Assembly (NCBI RefSeq): GCF_964355755.1
Contig: NC_092678.1
Span: 11,778,352 to 11,842,351, forward strand
Origin: Antedon mediterranea
Lineage: Eukaryota > Animalia > Echinodermata
Reading direction: 5' to 3'
Length of the DNA: 64,000 nt
The position numbers and the translations under genes were made by a program. Shown here piece after piece: positions 42,001 to 54,000 of the stretch. Position 1 is the first letter of the stretch. Every line of letters begins with the position of its first letter. The notes beneath the pieces were generated by a model that had not been told where the DNA came from, made no database searches, and worked only from the letters and a program-made list of their open reading frames with translations.

Positions 42001-45000
42001 TTGTTTTACTGTAGCATATGGCTCAACAATATTATAGTGTTAGAATATTGATGTGATATGCTTACATCCTGATGCCATTCTATCTCAGTAACAAACAATA
42101 TCCTCATGTGATCTTCTAAAGTTAACCAACTTTTTAATCTAAAGCATTAGTTGTTGTCTGCTTATATTATTATGAGAGAGAAAATGTGGTTTAAATACTT
42201 TCCACCAGAACGCTATAAATTACTGTATCTTGTGTTTTTTTTATTTATAATCTTTGGTTTAATTATAGAGCTCATAAAAAATCCTTTATCTCATAATAAT
42301 ACATGTAATACTCATGTATATTTTTTTAATGAAATTTGAGATTAAATTATTGATTTCGCTTTTTTTAAACATTTCCTATGCAGTATAAATAAGGCAATGG
42401 TACAATGAATTGATGTTTTGGTGGTGATACAGTATTCCTGCAATACACTAAAAAGCTGTAGCTTGGTGGTTAACATGGGTCCTGTTCCTGTTGCATAAAA
42501 ATAATCGGTTAAAAATGGTGTGAAGTACATAACTCCAATTTCCTGGAAGCAGAACAGGACAATTTTGTGGTAACTGGTTAAAAGGCAGAGCAAAATAACC
42601 GGTTAAAAACACCCATTCAATTCGGTGTTAGAACGCCATTTAACCGGTTATTGCTGGACAACTTTTAGCTGCAACACAAAATAATGGTTATTTGATTGAC
42701 AGCTACTGACCTCGAGTCAACTACACTTCAGTAATGTTTGAATTAACTGCCAGGACCAATTGTATTTTGGGTAATTCTAACGATTTTTGTCAACAAACAC
42801 CCACTGATTTAAACGGTTATTTTGGAGCAAAAATTGAGCAGAAATGCAGTCAATATAAAAATTAGATTTTGGAAATAATCGGGTTATTCTGCGCAGACAC
42901 ATACTTGCATTCAATCCATAGGTCCGGGCTTTAATCCTGACCTAGTGTCAAGGTTTTGTAATCACGACTCCACTCCCTAAGCCTCAAATGACACTTTGAT
43001 GATGACACTAGTTTAACATTCTTTACACTCTGTTGGATGCGTATGAAATAAAAACAAAAAAACAAATAATAATACAAAACCTCTGAAAAAGTACAAGATC
43101 ATTCCAATTCCACAATTGGTTTATCTAAATATTGTTGAGCCACTCTTTATCAAAAAGGTCTTATAGCACTTTACCGTAGATAAAAGAAAAGAATAAAACT
43201 GTTGAGTTTTGAAAAGAGATTTTGACTTTCTCAACCTTGATGAATGACATCAAATACCATAAGGTAGTGGAATTTGTTTAGACACTCTGGATGAACAAAG
43301 CAGCTAGGCTGACAAATAGATAAGATCTTGAAGATCGCAATTGCGTCCAGCCAAGTTTTGGAGACATTCATTGTACTGTCCTCAAATTGCGATGATTCAA
43401 ATATTCAACTACTGTATTACTTGTTTATGTATGGTACAACTGTGTAATGAATATTTTAAAAATCAAAATGTATATTTTATATATGTGTTAGCAATAATCT
43501 GAGCAATAATATGTTTTTTCATTCTTTATTTCGTAAATACTAATACAACTATAAAATATCTAAATGTGTGTTAAATCAATTTTTTGATCAAAGATTTTTG
43601 TTTGATTTTCCAGGTCATAATCGTATTAATGGCATATATATTGAAGTAATAGACAGCAGGGCCAGCACTCTGCATTGCTTTCTATTGGATTTCAATGGAA
43701 CATTGAAACTGAATGACATCATTCCAACATACTCAACAGGCGGTGATAGGGTATTTTATATTGATCTACATTTTGATAAAAAAAATTAATTATTTTAAAG
43801 TATTTAAATCTACAATGTACTATATTTTATTTGGTTTGGTGTTTAATCCTAGCATACACATCCAGAGCTCTTCAGCCACACAAATGTTTTTTCTTTTTAA
43901 TTAGATGTCAATTGAAGGACCCGTGGACATAGGTATAAATTAAAGTTCCATCGAGCAAAGTTAAACTTGAGAAGGAATTATTTTTCGTTTAGAGTTGTAC
44001 TTTTGTGGAATGGTTTTTCAGATTATGTTGTTTCAGCTAGTTCTTTAAATTTGTTAAAAAATAGACTAAATTAGGCTTGGGTAAACCATCCATTAAAGTT
44101 CACATCATTTGTACAATATGACATGATAACCGCGATGGGCTTACAAGCCATGCTTTGCCTCAATTTGCCTCTATTCATACGACTATGAGGGATTGCAAGT
44201 AAACAAGTAAATTGATTTCCAAAGATTGGAGAATAGACAGGACTATTAATTACACATGTAACGTTCTGTCTTTAACATTTGTATATTTTTTTCATTGTTT
44301 TAAAGGTTTTTTCATTTTTTCCTTGCATTACTGCATCCAAAGAAACAAAATACAGTGTTGTTGCTTTTCCGTTACCACTTTTGAATCAACCAACTGATAC
44401 ACCAAAAAAAAATTACCAGTATAGTAAGTAAAATATTACTCTTTCTAATTACAGAAATTAATTACATATCTTTAAGGGCTGTTTCAATACTCCAATTATC
44501 AATGTGAAAATTAAAATTGTGAATACAGTTTTACCAATGCCTGTCCCTTTTACCTACAGTTTTATCAGTAAAGTTATAATTTGTTTGATTTTTTATAAAT
44601 GTTTGTTATGTGGCATGTTATTATGGAAGAAGATAAACAAAATTGAAACGAAAACATCAATGTATCTATGTATAGTCAGATTGAATATACTGCTTGACAA
44701 GAATACAGCTTGAATATTTTTATAATTTTTATAAATGTTATTCAGTTGACAACCAACAGTGATGAAACTGCCACTAGCAGGTTGAATCTAAACATAATAA
44801 TTTATAATAATATATTCATATTTGCAACAATAACAAAGATTGGAACATCACAGAGATTAAACATTTTACCCTTAAATACATATCAATCAAAATAAATCAA
44901 TATCCAAACAAGTAACAAGCACACTATTAAATGTGTCAGGTAACCGCTGAAAAATACTGTTCTTTTTGTGAATTCAACACGGCCACTAGGATCGTGAAGC

Positions 45001-48000
45001 AAACACTGATGCGAGTACGAGCAACAACAGGCCATCATAAACAAAATTGAAAGAATTGTAAAATATAAAAATACCATATCAAAGAGAAACAATACATGCT
45101 TTTTTTTTATCATTTTCATGAATAAATATTCTATTGAAAGTCAAGTGTGACTTTTTCTAAATACAATATAGGCCTAATGGAACAGAACAATTAAACAAGA
45201 CCTTATATCAATATGAGATGCATTGTTTGTTAGGCTTTTGTCTGGTGATAATTTTACCTATTGTGGTTTGAGTAGTTAATATACTTTTTGGTTTGACAGT
45301 TTTTATAATTATATTTAGTTCCTTTAAAAACCATGTGTTCTATATTTGAACCCCATAACGTATACAATTTAATTATAAACCATGTGTTCTATATTTGAAC
45401 CCCATAACGTATACAATTTAATTATAATTTGATGTGTAATGAGAATTGTACAGATCTTCATGAACCAGTAAAATACTCTCTCTCATTGTGATTTATCAAT
45501 ATGATTTTTTTTTAAGGATTAGATTGGCTTACATGGCAGATAGAGACGTGCATAGCCAGTAAGTTTTTAAAACAATTAATTTCTCTTCTATGTCAGCTAA
45601 ACCTAGGCAGATCCAACTCAAGATGCTGTATTTTTCGAGTCGGGTTGGTGAACATCAGTCCAAAATACGCAGAATTTTTTCCAAAATACGTCAAGTTGAG
45701 GGCGCTATACTAATCCAAAATACGCGAGTCTTTCCAAAATACGTCAACTTGAGGGCGCTATTCATTTCCAAAATACGCGATTTGTCCAAAATACGTCAAT
45801 TTGCAATTTGGGACCGCTAGTAATTTTCCAAAATACGTCAACTTGAGGGCGGCAAACTTTTTTCCAAAATACGAGAGCCTTTCCAAATGTATCATATTGA
45901 AAGTGTAAGGTAAAATTACAGTTTAATGTATTAAAAAAAAGTTTCTTAGAGTAAAACAAACAAGTACATTTTAGTTATAAATGAAAGTATTGGAAGGCAG
46001 AATTTTTTGTAAATAAAATGTCATAGAGTAGCCAATTATTATTTTTCAATGTAATCATTTATTACTGAATAAAAACAAATATGTGCCAACATCAGTCAAT
46101 AGACAGTGCCTATAATATACATTAATAATGTCTGAACGATGTACGATTGCATTGCCAGACGTAGCTAGTTTAAATGAGGCATAAACCGGCTACAAAAGCA
46201 GCATGTACGTATATAGTATTTAAGCATAGTCTTGGGCATGTGTTATATATTTGGTGATCTACAAAATCGATATTTTTCCCGAGCTCGACAGACTAACATC
46301 GCTTTCAATTTAATGTACAGTACTTATGGTCAAATAAGTTACCTAATCTGAAATCTAACATAATAGTTATTTCATATAATATATAATAATAATAAAAAGC
46401 ATATGGTATTGTAATTAAAATAATATCAATAATTGGTTAGAAGAAGTATTTAAATCGCGTATTTTGGAAAATGAATAGCGCTCTCAAGTTGACGTATTTT
46501 GGAAAATTACAAGCGGTTCCAAATTGACGTATTTTGGACAAATCGCGTATTTTGGAAAATGACTAGCGCCCTCAACTTGACGTATTTTGGACAATTCGCG
46601 TATTTTGGAAAATGAATAGCGCCCTCAAGTCGACGTATTTTGGAAAGACTCGCGTATTTTGGATTAGTATAGCGCCCTCAACTTTACGTATTTTGGAAAA
46701 AATTCTGCGTATTTTGGACTGAATTTCACCAACCCTATTGTATTTTTCTGGGATCCTTTCTTCTTTTTTTAATCCCCAGATTTATTGTTATTTATCTATG
46801 TTATTTACCTCCGCCAATGAGGTATATGTAAGCGATCATGTGTGTTTGTTTTTCTGTTTGTTAGCAGGATTACTCAAAAAGTGATTTCAAATTTTAAAGG
46901 CAATCCGGATGATGATCCCAATTCTGGACCACTTTTTAGTATTATTTTCAGACCTGCTAGTGATAAAAGATAGGACAGAATTTTCAAAAGCCGGCAAGCA
47001 GTCTTAAAGTAACAAGTAAACTTAAATTACATTTTCTCAAGAACTACTTGTCCAAAAAACTTTATTTTTGTACAAGAGGCAAGAATTATAATTTGTTATT
47101 TGTAATTTTAAAACATAATTTGATTTAATTTTAAGCTTTTTTAAAATGAATAGTTTTAAAAAACTATTTCTTTTTCAAATTCACCTGTTTATCTTTGGCG
47201 TTCCTGTTCTATTAGTCAACTGAAACTGTTTCTAGTTTCTTATTTATTCCATTATTGTTAAAACCTTAAAAGGAAAGTGACTATATGTTATTTTGAATTT
47301 AATTATTTTGAACTGAAACTAATTATAAAAATTTAGTGATTAAAAACATTTGTTGAATTTTTAAAATTTAACTTTGGTATAGTGTAACTGAATGTGATAC
47401 TGAGAGCATAATAATATGAAATATCTATATAATTATTAGAATCAACTTAATTTTCACATTTTTAACCGTTTAAAGATGAAAAAAAATTTATCGCAATAGT
47501 ATTTACTTTTACATAAAATGTAGTTTGTGACCTTAAATAAGGTAAATAAATGTATATGTATATACAATCAAGAATGCTTTTCTGCCATCTAAAAATACGG
47601 CTATTGATTTGTGACCTGTGACAGTATATGTCCTGGATAGTCTGTGAAACATCAGTAAGCCCTGTGGATTACATTAATTGTACACCTTACCTGGATGAGT
47701 AATAATACCTATTCATAAGTGAGAACCATGAAATCCTGCTTGAATGGTATGCTGCCATCTGTATGTCAACTTAAAATCTCAAGCTTTACCTGAGCACTCC
47801 ATTATCAACTTAAAATCTCAAGCTTCACCTGAGCACTCCATTCTCAACTGAGAATCTCAAGCTTTACCTGAGCACTCCATTCTCAACTGAGAATCTCAAG
47901 CTTTACCTGAGCACTCCATTCTCAACTGAGAATCTCAAGCTTTACCTGAGCACTCCATTCTCTATTACCTGAGCACTCCATTCTCTATTTCTTTTTAACA

Positions 48001-51000
48001 TTTTTTTTATTTCAGTATTCATTTTCACTTTAAATTACATTTAACAATTATTTTATATTTTATCTATTTTAACAGACAGCATAATGTACCTTGATGATGC
48101 ACAATTAACGATTGGTTTTGGTCGTTTGGAGTTAAAAATCAATTCATCATCTCTCTTTAATTACAACTGCCCTCTAAGTTTTACTCTTGACAACCATCAT
48201 GGAGAAAAGGAGGTATATTAAAGTTATGGTTCTTGTTGCTGTAATAGTGCCCTCTTCTAAGTTTGAAAAAAATACTCCCCCATTTATATTCAGAAAAAAA
48301 TTACAATAAAATATTTTATAATATAGATATCAAAATGAGATAGGATATTCTTTTTTCAATTCAACAAAATGCTATAATTGTGTAACCTCCACAATTGTTA
48401 TCTTTGACACTCTATTCACATTCTATCTATATTTATATTAGGTTAATTCAATATTTTTGAAAAAAATTACCGGTAGTAATTTACCCATTTATTCAACTAC
48501 AAGAGTGGTTTTCGTTTCATATCCTATTTTTGCTGAGCACTGTTTTATTTGCTTTCACTAAGTCCTCGTGAATGTGTGATTTTTCTGATCTCTTATTTGA
48601 CACTGAATTATAAACTATTTGTAATTTCATTGGAGCAAAAAACAGGAAGAAATAGTTGTTGCACATAAAATATGCAAATGCTTTCGGTTCAAAAAGACTT
48701 TGTATGTTTGTTTAAATGAACATTCATATTTCACAAGATGTGTGTAAAACATACTTTTATATTAACCTTATAGAATGTCTTCTTTGATAATGGCATAGCA
48801 TTGAGGAGTGACGTTCAATCAGGGCTGTATGAATTGAAGGTATGATTATGAATATATTTAGAAGATAGTTTTCAAATAATAATAATACTATTTGGTCAGA
48901 TGTTTACCCTACTCTGACATTTGTTGTACCCTGTATTAAGTACATATTTTGAGAATTTACTTAATTACTGGGTAGGACTTGACCTCTGGATCACTAGTCT
49001 GGTGTTCATACCACTAACACCAACAGGATGATAATTTATTAAAACAACTTCATAGTGACTTTGTGTCGGGAGATTTTGGTGAGGTATTTCCATTACTGCT
49101 ACTACTCTGATGTGATGTAATTTATCTAATAGTATAATAATAATACTATTTAATTTATAATCTATGGATCTTTCAGTAATAGCTTGATAATTTTTTCAGT
49201 TCTTTTTAGATGGTACTTTAGGAGGAAATACATATATTAAAAAGAAAATTAAGAAAGGTAAGAAATTTTGAGATTTAAAAAAATATAATTTAGTATCAAT
49301 TATTTTGCAATAGTAAAGATTTTAACAAAAAATTGTAAGGAAAGAGATGTTTTACTTTTTTTTAATGTGAACATTTTATACCATAATACATAAAGGCCTT
49401 GGCCATTGAATCTTGAGGTCCGGTGTTTCACATTTTTTTTACAGATTTGTTGATTCTTTATCAAATAAGCATTTTAATAGTACACTTTCAACTTGATTAA
49501 ATATATTTAATAAATAACTAGCAGTTTTAATATGTGGTTATGCATGGGAAAAGTAATTGTGATAAAAGCACACTTTGATAAAAGTAAATCTGGCAAATTA
49601 TTAAAATCAAAACAAATTGTATCAAGAATAAAATTCCGAACTATTTACAGGCATTGATTGCAACATCAAGAAATGATTTTTACAATATATTTTGGACATA
49701 CTGTGTAAGTTTCATTAAGGTATGAGATTACTATATGCCCCATTGAGGCTGATTTTTAACTGGACCTGTATCACATTTTAATTTAATTCTTGTTTTAAGA
49801 TTATTCAATGAAAGGCAGATGTCTTTCATTTCCATGTGGAATGACAGCAGTTTGTAACCAGCATAAAAATGAGCACTACTGTTCTTGTCAGCCAGGGCAA
49901 GTGCTCAAAGAAGAAACTAACTGCTTCATTGGTATGTAAAAAAGACAGATCACTTAACTATCCTACCTCAGCCATCAAGCCTCATATTTCTACAATTTAT
50001 TGTTTACAAATGGTACTTTGTCTGCTTCCTTGGCAAAACAAAAATTGTCAGGAAACAATCTCTCCAAAATTATATTATTGTAAATAGCATTAAAAAAATG
50101 TACAACATTCAATTTGAAAAGAATTAGCCCTCCTTTTCAGTTTGCAACTTCTATCTCGAAAATAAGTCCATATTAAGGAGTCGTAAAAAGCCCTTGAGCT
50201 TCTTTTCGAGGTTTTACGGTGTACATTTTTTGTTAATTTGCAATACCCTTAAACTAAATTTTATACTGCAGATGATCCATGTGAGGGAACCCCTTGTGGT
50301 GATGGTGGTACTTGTAAGAGGATTGAGACAAAGTCCAGGATCTTTCATACATGTACATGCTATCGAGGTTTTTATGCTGCATATAATACATGCATGGGTA
50401 TGTACCACATAAAGTACATTTTCTGGGGATTAAAATCCCACAGTTAATATATTTACTTCTTATGCTCACACTCTAGTTATAGTAATTTAAAGTGTTGTTG
50501 TATGCTTAGCAATGAATCGCCGAAACCAGTGCTGGTACATCTGAGAATGGAGCATACATAGATGTGCAGGGGTGTCACTTAACTATTATTTTTATTTACA
50601 TAAAGTGTTCCCTGGCAAGGAACAACGTTTATACTATTTTATGTTCAAACAGTACCGACCAAAAAAAAAAATAAGCTAACCTGATGAGGGAGTGACCATT
50701 GAATAATAAATCATATTCAATATTAGATTTGCATAGGTCTACAAAATAACATCGACACCAAGATAAACTGAATTTGATTGGAAAAACCTCAGCCAGGAGC
50801 ACTGCTTTCTGTATATGTCGACCTATTTACTAATAGTACTGAACTCTGTCTTGGCTTAAGATCATCCACAAATATACTGCTTTAGTGGTTTATTGATCAT
50901 TTAGATATTCATATTTCTCTCTTTTGTTTAATTTCAGTTGATCCCTGTGACAGTAATCCATGTGTTAATGGACAATGCCTGACAATTGAATCTGATTCTA

Positions 51001-54000
51001 CTACTGGTCTTGAATATACATGTCAATGTTCTACTGGTTTTTATCATGTGCACAACACATGTAAAAGTGAGTTTTGAAAAATACACAATTTTCCAGAAAA
51101 AGGCTATAATTAAAGCCTGCTAACATTCTTTATCAACTGTTACTTTTTTGTTTATCTGTTTATTTAAAAGTCTTTTTCTTGAATAGCACACTAAACATAC
51201 AAATTGTGCATTTAGCCTCCTCAATCTTGCCATGATAACAGTTTAAAATTTTGAATTCGTAGGAGATAAGTGATGCACTTAATTTTATTGGGGGTGATCC
51301 AAAACTCAAATAAAAAATTTAACAAGATAAAACAATCATGTAAAAACATGATTATTTATCACAAAAAGTCACATAAAGCAGCTTATAATATCTTATATAT
51401 CTTTATCTTACCTCTCTTCATGATTATTATAGCTATGATATAAATTTTACACTGCAGATGATCCATGTAATGGAGGTCCCTGTGGTGATGGTGGTATTTG
51501 TAAGAGGATTGAGACAAAGCCCAGCATCTTTCATACATGTACATGCTATCGAGGTTTCTATGCTGCATATAATACATGCATGGGTATGTACCACATAAAG
51601 TACATATTTTAAATGTGAAGTTCTATATCTTTCAGTTAATTTATTCTCTAATTCACAGAGTTATTATTTGTTATTTATTAGTGACATTGTGTAAAGTATT
51701 CTAAATAGATTATATAAAACAAACAAAATTTGGTTTATGTTTTTAATATTTTTGTTATGGGATTTTTTGTGAAAATACTATTTGCTATATCGAAAAATGT
51801 GTATCCTGTTTTGTAACCCCCTTCACCACCCTCTTCCCCCCCCCCCTTAGTGCCTGGACTATTGAGAAAGATGTTTGTTTGCTGTGTATCATAAATATTC
51901 AATTGAATGTTGAAACAAAAATGATGAAGATATTTATAGCATGTTTTTGTAACTTTGTTCTATAAAAAGGAAAATAATCCATAAAAATGTGGTCTGTCAT
52001 TTCTTTTATATTGAGATCTTCTTCATAATAAAAATTATTTGTGGTTTAATTTCAGTTGATCCCTGTTACAGTAATCCATGTGTTAATGGACAATGCCTGA
52101 CAATTGAATCTGATTCTAATCTTGAATATACATGTCAATGTTCTACTGGTTTTTATCATGTGCACAACACATGTAAAAGTGAGTTTTGAAAAACTGTTAC
52201 TTACCAGAAATTTAAGGCCGTGTGGTAGCAGTTGAAAAATTTGAAAATTCTGTTCAAATTGATTTGATAAAGGTTCATAGAACAGTAGTGTGTGATATAT
52301 TTCCATTCATTGAAAGCCTTCGTGTTCAACTTGGCTCTGAGTCGTCAATATTTTAATGGAAATAGTATTCTCACATTCAGCTGAAAAACAATCGTCATTT
52401 AAATATTTAATGACAGCTATAATATATACTTTCAATTGAGTACATTTCATATTTTAGCTGATCCTTGCTACCACAATCCCTGTGACAATGGAACATGTAT
52501 TGTGCTTGTTAAAAGCTCTTCAGTTATAGATTACTCCTGTACATGTTATCTGGGATTCTACCTTGGTAATGAGACTTGCCAATGTAAGTATTTAGTTCAA
52601 TTTAATTTTAATTTACTTGGAACAATTTTAGAATTGTTACTCTTATAACTTCCCAGGGGCGGATCCAGGATTTGAAGTGGGGAGCACTTAAAGCTCAGGT
52701 ACAGGCATGAATTTTAAATATAATATTTGGTTAATTGTACATAAATCAAATATTTGTAACGAAAAAACATGAATTTTCCTTAATATGGTCAAATAAAAAA
52801 TTTGGCAAAATTCTTCCATAAAAACCAGGAAGACTTTTTTTCAGTAGTTAGGTAGTAAACCCAATGTAATAACATGTCTGGTGACTCCCTAGAAGGTGAA
52901 AAAAGATGGTGGATATACAGTGGATAATTTTTACTATAGCATGAAAATAAAAATCTGAAGTTGAATAAAAATACCAGAAATGTAATATTCAAGTTATATT
53001 ACCTATATTTAGTCATCTGATAACATTTTTTACCACACTGTTTATTTTTCATAGCTTTTTAAAATGCCTCTCTATTTACAAAATTTGTGTACAAAAGAAT
53101 AGAGATTTTACTGTGTAATTTGAACTATCCCCCCACTGATAAGAAAGTGCTTATTTTCAACAATTTCGTGTAACACAAATTAAATGCCAAAAATTATGAA
53201 ACATCGGGGAAACTATAGATCGATAATTATTGGAATGTATGATCAATAGAAATGTTTTGCCCGCACCTGGCCTTTAAAGGGTTTTACCAGACTGAGAGAT
53301 TGAGTACATGAGCCACATCCCCCTAAAACAGATAAGCAAATCGTTAGTAATGCCACAAAGTGACACTAACCATGTAGTGGTTAGCTCACAGTCTCAAATT
53401 TGCCAAGGGAATATCTGAGACTGTTCATTCTGCTGATCTTTTACCGGTGACACGGTTTGAAAGTCATGGGAGGTTGCTCCGTAATAGTAACACAATTTCA
53501 CAATACCATCCAGAACCGCCCGTTTCAGTAACAGTCCAATCCCTTATTTTATCCGCCTGCTTAACGCCTGATCTACACTCATCTTTGTATTATTTATTAT
53601 ATTGTATGTTTCATATTTTGTATATTTTTATTGGTCTTAAGGTACATGCATGTAAAAGTTACCCACAATCTGGCCTTTGGCCACTAGTGGTAACTTGTGG
53701 CATGGTGGTTTTTAATGTTTTATATGAAATAAAGAAATAATTTAAAAAAATGTAAAAAACACATAATAATGGACATTTTTATTAATTATTCTCTATAATT
53801 TCTATACTTTGATTTATTAATGTACAAATATTGCATACTTTATAGATGACTATTGCTATGATAATGTATGTTCTCCAGGATCAGACTGTGTGAATAATAA
53901 CAATGGCTATACTTGCCAGTGCCTTTCTAGCTACATTCCACAAAATGGAAAATGTAAGTATCAAACTTTATGTGTCACTAAAACAGATTTGTTTGATTTG

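Noticed and set aside
44747-44780. Candidate extra exon LTTNSDETATS
   Set aside because: Open only as phase 0-2, which does not fit the neighbouring exon phases; weak donor.
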